DNA of 58,898 nt, counting the filler, from Squatina squatina (lineage: Eukaryota), in the NCBI GenBank assembly GCA_031763465.1. It is 3 parts of 3 records of this genome, joined end to end, with 100 filler letters (N's around TTAATTAATTAA, not from the genome) between each part and the next. Parts side by side here need not be neighbours in the genome. Positions count along the whole stretch, not along the records: positions 1 to 12,477 come from JARFOE010000189.1; 2 more parts are not named here. The stretch is one strand, 5' to 3'. Positions 1 to 12,577 of this stretch are shown here, piece by piece (within the stretch, counting starts at the first letter, position 1; every line of letters begins with the position of its first letter). The position numbers and the translations under genes are program-made. Below the pieces are notes generated by a model. The model saw nothing but the letters and a program-made list of their open reading frames with translations. It searched no databases and had not been told where the DNA came from.

Positions 1-965
1 CAGTGCATCCTCTGTTTAATATAATTGATATGAACCATCACACCTGCTAGGACATTGGCAGAGTAGAGTCAATGGCTGTTTGCGGTCTTAGCTTCTATTT
101 TCCACCTCTGTCTGGCTTGAGGCAATGTTCCGTCTCCAAATATTACATCTGCTGTGAGGGTTTCATGAAATCACCATTCTGATTTATAATTGCACATATA
201 GTAAATGCCACGGAAATTGCTGCTGTTAATGACTGATAATGTATAATATTGTGGACAAAGGTTTAAATGAAACTTTAGTTTGAAGTTTATTTCCAAGGGC
301 TTTGCCAAACGGCAAAGAAAAAAAAACTACTGAGTTTTAAGCAGTGTAAATATTACATTAGTTTCCTAATGAGGGTATGTTGTGAGTTACTGGCATCTTT
401 TGTTTCTGATGTGTGATTAATGCGACAGATGACAAACCCAAATGAACAATCATCATTTAAGTGTAATAAAGGAAAGTAATGTTGCCTATGTGAAGAAATC
501 TAGAAATAAGCTACTTAAATATGTTTTCTCTCTGTGCTTACTTTGATTAGGCACTCTATTTCACTGCCATTTCACATTAATAGAGAACAAACACTCGATG
601 CAACCTTTTAGAAATTAATTCTGTATGTGAGTTGTCTGATTCTGTTGCAAGTGAAGGGTAAAAACCTGGTAGGTTGTCTCTTTAAATAAGATCTGCAGTG
701 TTGATGTAACCCTCTAGCATGGATGGTAGGAACCATTCTCACCTCTGCAGCAGGGAGCTTGACCAGAAAGGCTCTCTCAGGCAATGGAAATGTGCTGTTT
801 GTTAAAATGCACTGAATTACAGCAATTCCCCTGGTTATGACTCCTTTTTTTGGTAGCTTCCAATCTGTCGGTAAAAGAGACAGTTCATATGCCTTGCTGT
901 GAAGGAAAATATTGAAAACAACAATGTTGTGACTCACGTCTTTTCTTCTTTCTTTAATTCCACAG

Positions 966-1173
966 AACACCGTAGCAGTGGCATCAGTTCAGTTGCCACC
1001 AGCAATTTTCACTCATTTCCTAGCCTTGCACACTGTTGACAACTCATCTTGCAAGCTGCAATTTATTGTATTCCGGAATGGAAAACTCTTTCCCAGTACA
1101 GGTAACTCATCAAACCTTGCTGATGATGGGAAACGCAAGTGTGTTTCGACTCCAGTTGTCTTCATCAAAATAG
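966..1173 (+). CDS. ADGRA1: Internal exon of an ADGRA-family adhesion GPCR encoding part of the GAIN domain; probably belongs to the ADGRA1 gene downstream
   Basis: Pyrimidine-rich acceptor ttaattccacag| and donor |gtaaga. Translates NTVAVASVQLPPAIFTHFLALHTVDNSSCKLQFIVFRNGKLFPSTGNSSNLADDGKRKCVSTPVVFIKI, matching the recalled ADGRA3 GAIN segment (ASIQLPP...KLQLIAFRNGKLFPATGNSTNLADDGKRR.V.TPVI). Family assignment is strong; assignment to ADGRA1 rests on scaffold linkage across gaps. Confidence 0.75.
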
Positions 1174-1689
1174 GTAAGATTTTATTTAAATTTGAAAATG
1201 TAAATATTCCTGATATTTTAAATGATATGCACAAGATTGCAAAATTGCATGTCTATTTAACACCTGATGTGGGTTTTAATTTTACTTTGAGGGACAATGA
1301 AAATGAGCAGTTTCTCTGTTTGCAGTAGATTGCTTTTCAGACCATTTAAAAAATGTAGCATTTGACTAAAATAATACTGGTTGCGTTGCTGACCTTCAAT
1401 TTGTTGCTACATATGGATGTAAAAGGGAGATTTGTGTCCAATAGCTGCATCATAATCTCTAATGTCAGTTTCTATAGTTCTCCGTAATTACTATATCCAA
1501 TTATGGAACTTATTCAAACAAGTCTACCCGTTCTGAAAATGTGTCCCTTTTATGCCCATCATTCAGGCAGCATTCCAATATAGAATGTAATGTATGGCAT
1601 GTAATCAGGCATAAACAGCATGCATTGCTAAAAATGATTTTTGCTCTGCTTTCTATTTTTAAACATCATCTATAAGCGTAAAGATTTTG

Positions 1690-2170
1690 CTAAGGATACC
1701 TTTGTCTAACCCACTAATATATGCATTAAAAATACCAAGGATCCCAAGTCTAACCCCTGTCATATCCTCTTTGCAAATTGAAACATTTTCATTTATAACT
1801 ACCCTCAGTTTCTTGTTATTAAGTGCATCACTTGTTCATTATCAAACCCCTTATTTTATGATACCTCCATAGCCATTAATTGTCAATGCAGAACGTTGCC
1901 AGAAGCTTTCTGAAAATCCAAGTATACAATATTAACCGCCTTACCAACTATTATCAAATTAGTTGAACATAATCTCTTCCTCCTAAAACCCTGCTGACTG
2001 CCCTATAACAAGCTATGCTCTACCAACTGTTCATTTTGAAGATTTTCCCTACAACTGATGTTAAACTTACTATGTAATTCCCATGAATATCTCTGACACT
2101 TTTTTTAAATAATGGAGGTACCTTGGCCACTTTTTAATCTTTGGACATCTCTTTCAGACTTACAAATATA
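1690..2170 (-). mobile_element. Decayed CR1-type LINE reverse transcriptase fragment
   Basis: Minus strand carries remnants of the CR1 RT motifs PLFKK, VSLTSVVGK, QQGFR..R.CSTNL and VYLDFQKA, with stops and indels; boundaries approximate. Confidence 0.7.
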
Positions 2171-2408
2171 TCAGATATTCACTAATTTCAGGATCTCATC
2201 TCCTTTAAATCTTGTGGGTGCATGTTAATTTAACCATGGCTATTATTATTTGCATAATCTCTCGCTCCTCTGCTTTTTTGGGGGCATTTGATTTCTGACT
2301 TGGGCTTCATTCCTTCTTCTAACCTCAGTAAAGTTGCTGGTGAAATAGTTATACTGAGCACAAATTCCCTCGATCATTTTAAGCCCCAAACAAAATGCTA
2401 TCCAATGC

Positions 2409-2537
2409 AACAACAACTAGCATTTATATCGCACCTTTAACATAATAAAACATCCCAAGGTGCTTCATAAGTGCGTAATAAGACGGGGAGAAAATGACAC
2501 CGTGCCAAAGAAAGTGACCAAAAGCTTGGTCAAAGAG
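2409..2537 (-). mobile_element. L2-type LINE 3' end
   Basis: caacaacaactagcatttatatcgcacctttaac...catcccaaggtgcttca is the reverse complement of an L2-type 3' tail with (TTG)n; a homologous copy lies at 26360-26610. Confidence 0.6.
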
Positions 2538-4457
2538 NNNNNNNNNNNNNNNNNNNNNNNNNNNNNNNNNNNNNNNNNNNNNNNNNNNNNNNNNNNNNNN
2601 NNNNNNNNNNNNNNNNNNNNNNNNNNNNNNNNNNNNNNNNNNNNNNNNNNNNNNNNNNNNNNNNNNNNNNNNNNNTTCTAATCGGGCATAAGACAGATGA
2701 AGAGTTAAATAAAATATATTATTTTTAAAGAGCACAGAAGAAACAAGGGCATTAAGTCCTAATTTTCCACAGCAGTAGTTGCCATGTTATTGTAACACCC
2801 ATGCATGGGCTTATAATTTGTTACTGATGTCACTGCCTGTAATATATATTTGACATTCTTTCCCACAATAAACCCTGCATGGTGTTCAAGATGAAATCAT
2901 TAGCTACTGTAGAGTGCTACGAGATATGTCTTACAATGTTGTCAAAATGTCACCAGCATATTCCAATTCATTTCAGTGGCTTTGTATCTCCAGTGGCATT
3001 CTCTTTCATTTCCGTTCAGACTTGTATTCCACATCACAAGCAATATACAATATGCATATAAATTGAGCATTAACCCTGTCAGAGAAAGAATGGGTGTGAC
3101 AAATCTGTGTACATGGTGAGATCATCAACATCAAAACATACTTAACATCCCTTTCCAATAGCAACAATTTGGAAATATTGGGTTTAAAAGTGCTTTATCA
3201 TTTTGAACAGGAATTTTCTGATAGGTGAATTGAAGCATTAAATCCAACTCTCGCATGCCGAAATCAAATGTATTGAATTTATAAATTCCTTATTTCAGCA
3301 GAATTACACCTAGATAAATAGGTTCAGCTTGTTTACATTTTGAAAGGTTTGTAATTGTGTAAATGCCAAGGTATTGGTATGTATTTGTAAAAGCCAGCTG
3401 TACTGACGACTGTGGAACAGAGGATAAGTGTGTGCAGAATACTAATCTGCTGTCAGATGGAGCACAGATGTTGGCCAATCATAGCATGGGTCTGTGACGG
3501 TCTGTAATGTAATGTNNNNNNNNNNNNNNNNNNNNNNNNNNNNNNNNNNNNNNNNNNNNNNNNNNNNNNNNNNNNNNNNNNNNNNNNNNNNNNNNNNNNN
3601 NNNNNNNNNNNNNNNCAATGCTCAGTCACAGAGGTTATCAGCACTTGGAGGGACTTGTCATCACAATGGGATTTTCTCACTTGACATTCAGCCATTTTCA
3701 ACAAAAAATGCCCTTTTCACAGCTGGATTTGTGAACTTTTCGTTATTTAAGTTGGTTATGTGAGTTATTCGATGCTAGAGAGACATTAAAGGATCATTAT
3801 TGCAGCTGTGTCATGATCGGGTGCTAATGTTTCATTGGCGCTAATGAAGCTGCAATCTCGGAAATTGCCCTTNNNNNNNNNNTTTCAAAACTGAGATTTC
3901 ATTAGGAGTTTAATAATTATGTTGAAAATAGGCATTTCTCCCAATTTTCGTTAAATGAAGAATACTGGGCTCGAGATTCCATAAAGATAAGGGATCAAAA
4001 TAGCCACTAAGCCACTTGTCTGTGCTAAGCAGATGTACTCAGGTCCAAATCATTAATCTCTGTATAAATGCTCCTTCACTCCTTCCTTCCTTCTCTCTCC
4101 CATTCCTTCTTTCTCAAAATGGCTACAAAAGACTTACAAAGACGATTGCAGCGATCATCTAAATCTTTTAATAATGATTTAGCTGGAAGTAAATCTCTCT
4201 GTGGTGAAACAGTTGTAGCTTGTATCATGCCAGGTAGATTGAAGTGAAATACAAAAATAGCTGCTAACTTGTCATGGGATTGCATTAATGTTTTCTGAGA
4301 GACAAGTATGTTTTTCAAATTAGTTCTTCTCGAGAAAGTGAATTTCTAAGCCTTTTTAGTTATAAGATATATATAAAGCTCAATTAAATATGTTCACTTT
4401 TCTATTATGTGAGAAAGAAGCAGTGAATATTAATGATTATGTTGAATTGTTTTCCAG

Positions 4458-4585
4458 GATTTGAAGACCGTGCTTTCCTTCAATCAGTACCCAGGGGAGT
4501 TCCTGCACCCTGTGGTATATGCATGCACTGCAGTCCTTTTGCTGTGCCTTTTCGCATCCATTATCACCTACATTGTGCATCACAG
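4458..4585 (+). CDS. ADGRA1: ADGRA1 (GPR123) exon, stalk and TM1
   Basis: tttccag| ... |gtagga. Translates [42 protein letters not shown], versus recalled human ADGRA1 N-terminus [43 protein letters not shown]. Ends in phase 2, compatible with the next exon. Confidence 0.95.
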
Positions 4586-4611
4586 GTAGGAACTGCAAAT
4601 AACATATAATT

Positions 4612-7021
4612 ATTGATTTGTTTCTCTGTGATTGACAGATTGCTGTTTTTCTGGAATTGACGGGATTGCTGTGTTAACCTGGGATTGGCAAGGTTGCTGT
4701 ATTTCCCGGAGATTGACAGTATTGTTCCGTTTCCCTGGGACTGATGGAATTGCTGTGTTTCCGTGGGATGGACGAGATAGTTGTGTATCTTTGGGATTGA
4801 CGAGATTGATGTGTTGCTTGTATTGATGGGATTGCTGTGTTTCTGTGAGTGGTGGGAGTACTGTGTTTCCATGGGATTGATCGGATTGTTGTGATTTCCT
4901 GGGTTTAATAGGATTGATATGTTTCACTGGGATTGACCGGATCACCATGTTTCTCTGGGATTTATGCAATTGCCGTGTTTCTGGAATTGTTAGGATACTG
5001 TGTTTCTGGAATTGACAGGATTGCCATGTTTCACGGGGATTGATAGTGTAGCTGTGTTTCTGGGATTGAAGGGATTATTGTGTTTCCCGTGGATTGACAA
5101 AATTGTTGTTTATCCATGGGATTGATGGGAAGATTGTGTTTCTTTTGGTTTGATGGGATTGCTGTGTTTCTGTGATTGATGGGATCGCTGTGTTTCTGTG
5201 ATTGCTGGATTAGTTGTGTTTCTGGGATTGACAGGATTGCTGAGTTTCCCTGAGATTGACGGGAGTACTGTGTTTCTGGGACAGACGGCATTGATGCATT
5301 TTGCTTAGATAGATGGGATTGCTCTGTTTCTGTGATCGACAGGATTGCTGTGTTTCTGGGATTGAAGGATTTGCTGTGTTTAACCGGAATTGATAGGATA
5401 GCTGTGTTTCTGGGATTGATGGGATTGTTGTGTTTCCCTGGGATTGACAGAATTGTTGTGTTTCCCTGGGATTGACGTGGTAGTTGTGTTTCCTGGATTG
5501 ATGCAATTGTAGTGTTTCTCGGATTGACAGGATTGTTGCGTTTCCCTGGGATTGATGCGATTGATATGTTTCACTGGGATTGACGGAATTGATGTGTTGC
5601 TTGGTTTGACGGGATTGCTGTTTTTCTGGGATTGACGACATTGTTGTGATTCCCTGGGATTGAGGGGATTGCTGTGTTTCTCAAATAGACAAGATTGCTG
5701 TGTTTCTGTGAATGATGGAATTGCTGTGTTTCCATGGGATTGACGTGATTGATGTGTTTCTGCGAGTGGTGGGAGAACTGTGTTTCCATGGGATTGACGG
5801 GATTGTCATGTTTCCATGGGTTTGACTGTCTTGCTTTGTTTCTCTGTGATTGACAGGTTGCTGTTTTTCTGGAATGACGGGATTGTTGTGTTTCCCTGGG
5901 ATTGGCAGGGTTGCTGTATTTCCCGGAGATTGACGGGATTGTTCTGTTTCCCTGGGACTGATGGAATTGCTGTATTTCTACGATGGGCGGGATTGCTGGG
6001 TTTCAGGGATTGACAGGATTGCCAGATTGTCTAGGATTGTCGCAATTGCTGTGTTCCTGGGATTGACAGGATTGATCTGTTTCCCTGGGATTGACAGAAT
6101 TGCTGTGTGTCCATGGGATTGACAGGATTACTGCGTTTCTGGGATTGCCGGGATTGTTGTGTTTCTCTGGGATTGACAGAATTATTGTGTTTCCCGGGGA
6201 TTGACGTGCTAGTTGTCTTTCATGGATTTATAGAATTGTTGTGTTTCTCTGGGATTGATGGGCTTGATATGTTTCACTGGGATTGACGGAATTGCTGTGT
6301 TTCTGGGATTGACGGGATTGCTCTGTTTCTGGGATTGATGACATTGTTGTGATTCCCTGGGATTGACGGGATTGCTGTGTTTCTCAGATTGACAGGATTG
6401 CTGTGTTTCTGTGAATGATGGAATTGCTGTGTTTCCATGGGGTTGATGAGATTTTTGCCTATCCCTGGGATTGACGAGATTGATATGTTGCTGGGATTGA
6501 TGGGATTGCTGTGTTTCTGTGAATGGTGGGAGTACTGTGTTTCCATGGGATTGACGGGATTGTTGTGATGCCCTGGGATTAACGGGATTCATATGTTTCA
6601 CTGTGAATGACGGGATCGCCATGTTTCTCTGGGATTGAAAGAATTGTCGTGTTTCTGGAATTGTAAGGATGCTGTGTTTCTGGGATTGAAAGGATTCTGT
6701 GTTTCACTGGGATTGATGGGGTAGCTCTGTTTCTGGGATTGAAAGGATTATTGTGTTTCCCTTGGATTGACAGAATTGTTGTTTATCCATGGGAATGATG
6801 TGATTGTTCTGTTTCCTTGTGTTTGATGGGATTGCTGTGTTTCTGTAATTGATGGGATTGCTGTGTTTCTGTGATTGCTGGATTTCTTGTGTTTCTGGGA
6901 TTGACAGGATTTCTGAGTTTCTGGGATTGACATGATTACTGTGTTTCCCTGGGATTGATAGGGTTGTTGTGTTTCCCTTGGATTGATGGGGTTGATATGT
7001 TTCACTGGGATTGACGGAAAT
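4612..7021. repeat. Intronic minisatellite, 26-28 bp unit (about GGGATTGACGGGATTGCTGTGTTTCT), with higher-order blocks; truncated by a gap
   Basis: Tandem degenerate units are directly visible; strongly G/T-rich on the + strand; roughly 90 units by length/unit estimate. Confidence 0.95.
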
Positions 7022-7121
7022 NNNNNNNNNNNNNNNNNNNNNNNNNNNNNNNNNNNNNNNNNNNNNNNNNNNNNNNNNNNNNNNNNNNNNNNNNNNNNNN
7101 NNNNNNNNNNNNNNNNNNNNN

Positions 7122-7410
7122 TGTCTGGAAGGCAGAAGAGATTAAGAGATGATGCAAGGCAATCAGAGGTGGTAATGGCAACATAACGAAGCACATTATA
7201 TCTAGATGGGGTGTAAACAGGGGGAAAAGACAACAGCAGCCATGAGAGGGAAATGAAAAATAGACCTGATTTTAAATGACGAAAAGAAAAAAAATGAAAA
7301 AATGATAGAGCAGAGGTTATGCTTGAAATTGTTGAACTCAATGTTAAGTCCAGAAGGCTGAAAAGTGCCAAATCGAAAGATGAGGTGCTGTTCCTCGAGC
7401 TTGCGTTCTA
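7122..7410 (-). mobile_element. Penelope-like element remnant (C-terminus of the GIY-YIG endonuclease region and 3' flank)
   Basis: Minus-strand peptide RKLEEQHLIFRFGTFQPSGLNIEFNNF resembles the C-terminal E...I..L.T..P.GLN motif of Penelope GIY-YIG domains. Confidence 0.75.
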
Positions 7411-7496
7411 TCATAGCCTCTATCATAATTCTTTCTGTTTGTGAACAAAGAAAAGGTATAAATAAAGCTGTGTTACAAATGTTTCTTTTCTGACAG

Positions 7497-7620
7497 CACC
7501 ATCCGCATTAGCAGGAAAGGCTGGCATATGCTGCTGAACTTCTGTTTCCATACTGCCCTCACTTGTGCTGTATTTGCTGGAGGCATCAATCGTACAAAAT
7601 ACCCAATCATCTGTCAAGCT
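7497..7620 (+). CDS. ADGRA1: ADGRA1 exon, ICL1-TM2-ECL1
   Basis: tttcttttctgacag| ... |gtgagt. Translates (S)[41 protein letters not shown]; [10 protein letters not shown] is ADGRA1-specific. In frame with both flanking exons. Not in the ORF track. Confidence 0.95.
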
Positions 7621-8059
7621 GTGAGTATCAAATTAACTTAGTAGTTTGGGGAGTCACTAAATGGGAGAATTAATGATATAACCTACTGAAGTAACTGATT
7701 ATTGTACATTCAAAACTTCAGATGAAAAATAAGATGGCAAAGGAGGCTCGATTTTACTGTTCCACAGTTTCTGCTTTAAATAAAATGTTTCATCATATAT
7801 TCTGCACAGAATAGCATAAGGGGCGCATTAACCTTATTTCTAAACCTAATGTCACTTTATTGTGTTTTTTTGCTTGAGATTGCTGGATGATTTTTCAGAA
7901 TCTGCTCACTGGTTTCTGTCATGTAGCTGCAGTTTTGTGCAAGATTGTATGGCAATGAATCATTAATGAATACGTAGAACCCAAATTATTTCCTGTTCAG
8001 AATTCTCTAGATAAAGCGAAATAAATGGTCATTTTTAAATTTTTTTATACAAAAGTGGA

Positions 8060-8595
8060 ACAATTGCAGAGGTACTGGCCATAATCTTCCAATCCTCCTT
8101 GGGTGGTGCTAGAGGACTGGAGAATTGCAAATGTTACCCTTGTTCAAAAATGGGTGTAAGGATAAACCCAACAACTACAGGCCAGTCAATTTAACCTTGG
8201 TAGTGGGGAAGCTTTTAGAAATGNNNNNNNNNNNNNNNNNNNNNNNNNNNNNNNNNNNNNNNNNNNNNNNNNNNNNNNNNNNNNNNNNNNNNNNNNNNNN
8301 NNNNNNNNNNNNNNNNNNNNNNNAAACAGATTTTCGGTTATTGGCAGAAGATCTAAAGGTGACATGAGGACATTTTTATGCAGCGAGTGATTATGATCTG
8401 GAATGAACTGCCTGAAAGGATGGTGAAGGCCAATTAAATCGTGGCTTTCAAAAGGGAATTGGATAAGTACCTGAAGGAGAAACAATTGCAGGGCTGCGGG
8501 GAAAGAGTGGGGGATGGGACTAGCTGAAGTACTCTTGCAGAGAGCCAACACGGGCTCGATGGGCCAAATGGCCTCCTACTGTGCTGTAAAGACTC
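8060..8595 (+). mobile_element. CR1 LINE fragments (RT region, gap, 3' end)
   Basis: EDWRIANV/PLFKNGCKDKPNNYRPVNLTLVVGKLLE before the gap; CR1 ORF2 C-terminal and 3' UTR motif gggccaaatggcctcctactgtgctg after it. Confidence 0.85.
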
Positions 8596-9879
8596 TAACT
8601 TAAAGAGTTAAAATGAATTCGAAGAAACTAATGTTTAATGAATCACAGGTCACACAATAACATCATTATATAATTTTAGTTCCAATCTAAATTAACACAG
8701 TACAATGATTTCATTTAATTAAAATTGGCATTTCCCTGTATTATCCAGGGGCTTTATTGATAACTACAAAGAGTAAGTTGACAGCAATTTGCATATTTAA
8801 TCATCAACTAGTCACACGTCCTTACTACAGCTGCGTTGACCTGATAAGGACAAGCAGAACTGCATCCAAGCAGGGAATGTGGTTTGGAACCTGAAGGATT
8901 CAAACCTGCTGTTTTAGGAAATCAAAAATGGGCCAATGAATTTGGGGCACAATCGTTGGTAGAGGCTTGTGGAGGGGACAGGCATATGTATTGTTCCAGT
9001 TTTAGGAATGGGTCATCTTCTAGATAATGGAGAATAGCTGTCATCTATGGTCATCCAGGCTATGGTTATACATCACACTCGTTTGATCCAGCCTTCTTAT
9101 GGGCTTATGTATCCCAACAGAAATGTCTGCAATAATTGATCTCAAACATCCAGAAACACTAATTTTATGATTGATCAGTTTAGCTTATTGGTCCTTTCTT
9201 GGAACTAGTTCTTCAAACCAGATTTTTAATACCATATTTAATTGTATTGCAAGCTGAAATTATGTTTATTAATCAATGCCTTGGGGCATTCTAATATATA
9301 AAGGAAGCCATATTGCAGTGCTCATATTAAACCTTGCAAGCAAAGACTAAACATTGTGATATTTATTATGAATATATATAAAAGCTGTTAATTATATGTG
9401 AGAGTTCTTCACAGACTTGATTGCCAATAAGCCTATGGTATATTGTGGTCATTATATCTTCATTAAAATGTCTTTTTTTTTACAGGTCACTTTGCATTTT
9501 TTTCAGGCATTTATCATAAATATATAAATTTAGATTAACTGGATGTACTAATAACAACCGTCTTGTTTAAAATCCCATATCTCCCTCTACTTTACTCCTA
9601 TGAGACTGAATCTGTCTGGCAAAAAGACACAAAGAAAATTGATTTGAGTCATGAAGCAAAGTGTTCCCTCAAGACCGTTATTGCAAAAGATGAACCATAT
9701 CTGTTAAGTCAAATGATTGGCACATATGTAACTGGAGTAAAATCAAATATTATACCCAGATGGCACTATCCCAGCAGTTTGAAAAGTTTTAACCCCAATG
9801 GTATTAAACTTGTTTTTTTTCCAAAAGCTGTTTGAGAATGGGAAACAATATTTAAAAGGGAGATTATTAAAAGAGGGTT

Positions 9880-10110
9880 TCAGTGCTGCAGTGAACTAGC
9901 ATATTGCTCTTTCAGTTCTGGAACCTGGTTTCAAACCCAAATCAAACTGAGATGACAGTATCCTTTTTTATGCCGACTGTAAGAATACGATATGAAATTC
10001 GTTTAGCCAGTTGCAGCCCAATTCTTGGAAAGTACAAATGTGTGGCACAAAATTATTCATAATTTCGTAGTAAATTGACCATCTCACTCCAAGAGACCCC
10101 GAGCGTGGTT
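9880..10110 (+). mobile_element. Old tRNA-derived SINE (MER131-like)
   Basis: B-box-like ctggtttcaaaccca followed by a body resembling my recollection of MER131 (gttt...cagttgcagcccaattctt...cacaaaa); highly diverged. Confidence 0.4.
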
Positions 10111-10245
10111 GCTTTGGGAAGTGGAAAAAAATAATACTGCTGTAGTGGTGACACTGTTTTGAGTTTGAGTTAAAGGACATTGTAAGGTAATTATGGAAAA
10201 GGAAGGCCATTCAGTCCATCTTAGTTCATCCATTCAGAGAGATTA

Positions 10246-10912
10246 AGGGCGGCCAATTCGATTGCCCTGAGTTACTGGTGCTAAGGGATGAATTGGTGAG
10301 CGCAAAGTTCCAGTCTCGAAATGCTCCCTTTAAGGCCTGCAATTTGACAAATAGAAAAAAAAATTCTGACAGCTTTAAAAAACTTGCTAATTTCAGTGCT
10401 AAAGGGCACTTTTAATCTTAGTTTATTTCAGCNNNNNNNNNNNNNNNNNNNNNNNNNNNNNNNNNNNNNNNNNNNNNNNNNNNNNNNNNNNNNNNNNNNN
10501 NNNNNNNNNNNNNNNNNNNNNNNNNNNNNNNNCACTGCAGCACAGTCATGGTGCACTGATGTCATTAGCATGGCGCTGACATTGTAAGTGCGCTCGCGAT
10601 ATCCAGGGCCAGATGTCCCAATACCGCCCCAGGAACGCGGCGGACATCACTACGCCTCACTCCCGCCACGGTAAATGGAATTCCGTGGCGGGCGCAGAAT
10701 TTCGGGAGCCGCCAGGAAAATTACCAACTACCGCTGATACCACCCCGGGGGTATTTTGCCTCCTCTGACTCTTTAAAAAGCTGAGTGGGAAATCCCACGT
10801 TTGAGCAGGACCTGGAGTATCCGGATCCCAGCCTCCTTCTGTGCTGCTCCACCAGACTCCCGCCCACAATACGGCAGCTGTATGGAGGAACAACCTTGTA
10901 AATTTGGCTCCT
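10246..10912. mobile_element. GC-rich non-autonomous DNA transposon (MITE-like) sequence spanning a gap
   Basis: CpG-rich island in AT-rich intron; ends gggcggccaatt ... aatttggctcc resemble other GGG(N)nAATT termini in the window; contains ccctttaagg motif. Confidence 0.45.
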
Positions 10913-11387
10913 ATTATGTTAAATATCTGCTGTGAATTTTTCATGAATATGAAAGAAACCATACAAAATTGTATTCCAGAGTGGATTTACCTTTGTCATT
11001 CTTGAGGGATCAGAATCATGCATGGCAGAGGTGGGGAGAAGCTGATATATTCAAGATATGATTCTTATGAATTATAAGACGATCTTAAAAACAGATTCCA
11101 ATATTTGCTCATTTGAATTATACGTGGAGATTCATTCACATTGTGCCCTCTGACCAATGTTCAAATATTCATCGCTTCTCATGAGAGTTCTTAAAAATAA
11201 AAGCCAGCAAAAACAGCTTCTCATACCCTCGAATTACTAAGAGAACAAGAATTTTATAATATGCAATGAAGCCACAGTTTGTTTTTTACATGACAAAATC
11301 ATTTGTATTCATTACACGACACCCATAAATACTTATATTGACTTTCTCTCTTCCTGCTTGTATAACGTAGATATCTTTGTGTTTTAG

Positions 11388-11489
11388 GTTGGGATCGTTT
11401 TACACTATTCCACTCTATCTACAATCTTCTGGATTTGTGTCACCGCCAGGAATATTTACAAGCAAGTGACAAGAAAGGTCCCTCAGTGC
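11388..11489 (+). CDS. ADGRA1: ADGRA1 exon, TM3-ICL2 (truncated by gap)
   Basis: ctttgtgttttag| then [34 protein letters not shown], versus recalled ADGRA1 [34 protein letters not shown]. Confidence 0.93.
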
Positions 11490-12477
11490 NNNNNNNNNNN
11501 NNNNNNNNNNNNNNNNNNNNNNNNNNNNNNNNNNNNNNNNNNNNNNNNNNNNNNNNNNNNNNNNNNNNNNNNNNNNNNNNNNNNNNNNNCAACACTTCAT
11601 CAGGACTTCTTCACTAAATTCAGTAGACTTTTGCACAGATGTACTAAATCAACAGTAAAATCACCATTTGGCATCATCCTCATTTGCAGCTGTGCAGAAT
11701 TGACTTGGGCTGCAGCAAGTAGCATCAGGATTGTTGTGGGGAGTGAGCGAATTGATATTTTCACAAGTGTGTATGTAACGACAAGTATAAAAAGATAAAT
11801 TGTTATCCTGTGAGATCCTGCATTCCCAGGGAGAAACTATATTCACAAGGAGCACGGGATGAAAATAGAGCTTCCAACATCAAAGCCCTGATTCTCCGAC
11901 CCACACTTCTGAGAGCACAGCTCCACACTGGGAGCAAAGATTGCAGAATCACCCCTGTTGAATATACTTTAAATTGATGTCTGAAATACAGTGCTAAAGT
12001 ACAAACATAGTTTTCGATATTTACCCATTTTTTATTTTCCATGTGTTAACATGACTAAACTGGAAAATTTTTGTATTCTGTGCTTCAGTTTCCTTATATT
12101 TTGCTTTCAAATATTCTAAAATTCCATCTTCATAAATAGGCAGCTATCTGAAACTGTTATCATTATTACTGGTGACGATAAATAGTGGTTCCCTTTTTAT
12201 GAGAGGGAGAAGGGCATCTTGATGTTAATTGACTTTCAAGTGGTGCTCTTAGATTCTTGGTAATTCAGTTAGATTTGATTCTGTTGTTCACAGCAGCAAG
12301 ACAATTTCAGATCACATTTTAAATTGATTGAATCACATGCCTTGTGAAAGAAATGCATTTAATTGCTTGGGGACCTGCTTGTCCATTTATTCAAAGCCAC
12401 AATTAATTAACATTTTGAAATGAGGATTTTGTAGTATTATGGGGAATTAAAATAAATTCAAATATACCAACCAATCT

Positions 12478-12577
12478 NNNNNNNNNNNNNNNNNNNNNNN
12501 NNNNNNNNNNNNNNNNNNNNNTTAATTAATTAANNNNNNNNNNNNNNNNNNNNNNNNNNNNNNNNNNNNNNNNNNNN
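12478..12577. other. Artificial scaffold linker N44-TTAATTAATTAA-N44
   Basis: 12-mer at 12522-12533 has stops in all six frames, is symmetrically flanked by 44 N, and recurs identically at 30029-30128. Confidence 0.95.

Noticed and set aside
4564-7021. Many Gln/Ser/Pro/Asn-rich ORFs and CRISPR-like periodicity
   Set aside because: These are translations of a degenerate tandem repeat in several frames. There are no unique spacers or cas genes, and the context is a eukaryotic intron.
12522-12533. TTAATTAATTAA palindrome as a homeodomain, PacI or piggyBac site
   Set aside because: Embedded symmetrically in N runs and repeated exactly; artificial linker.
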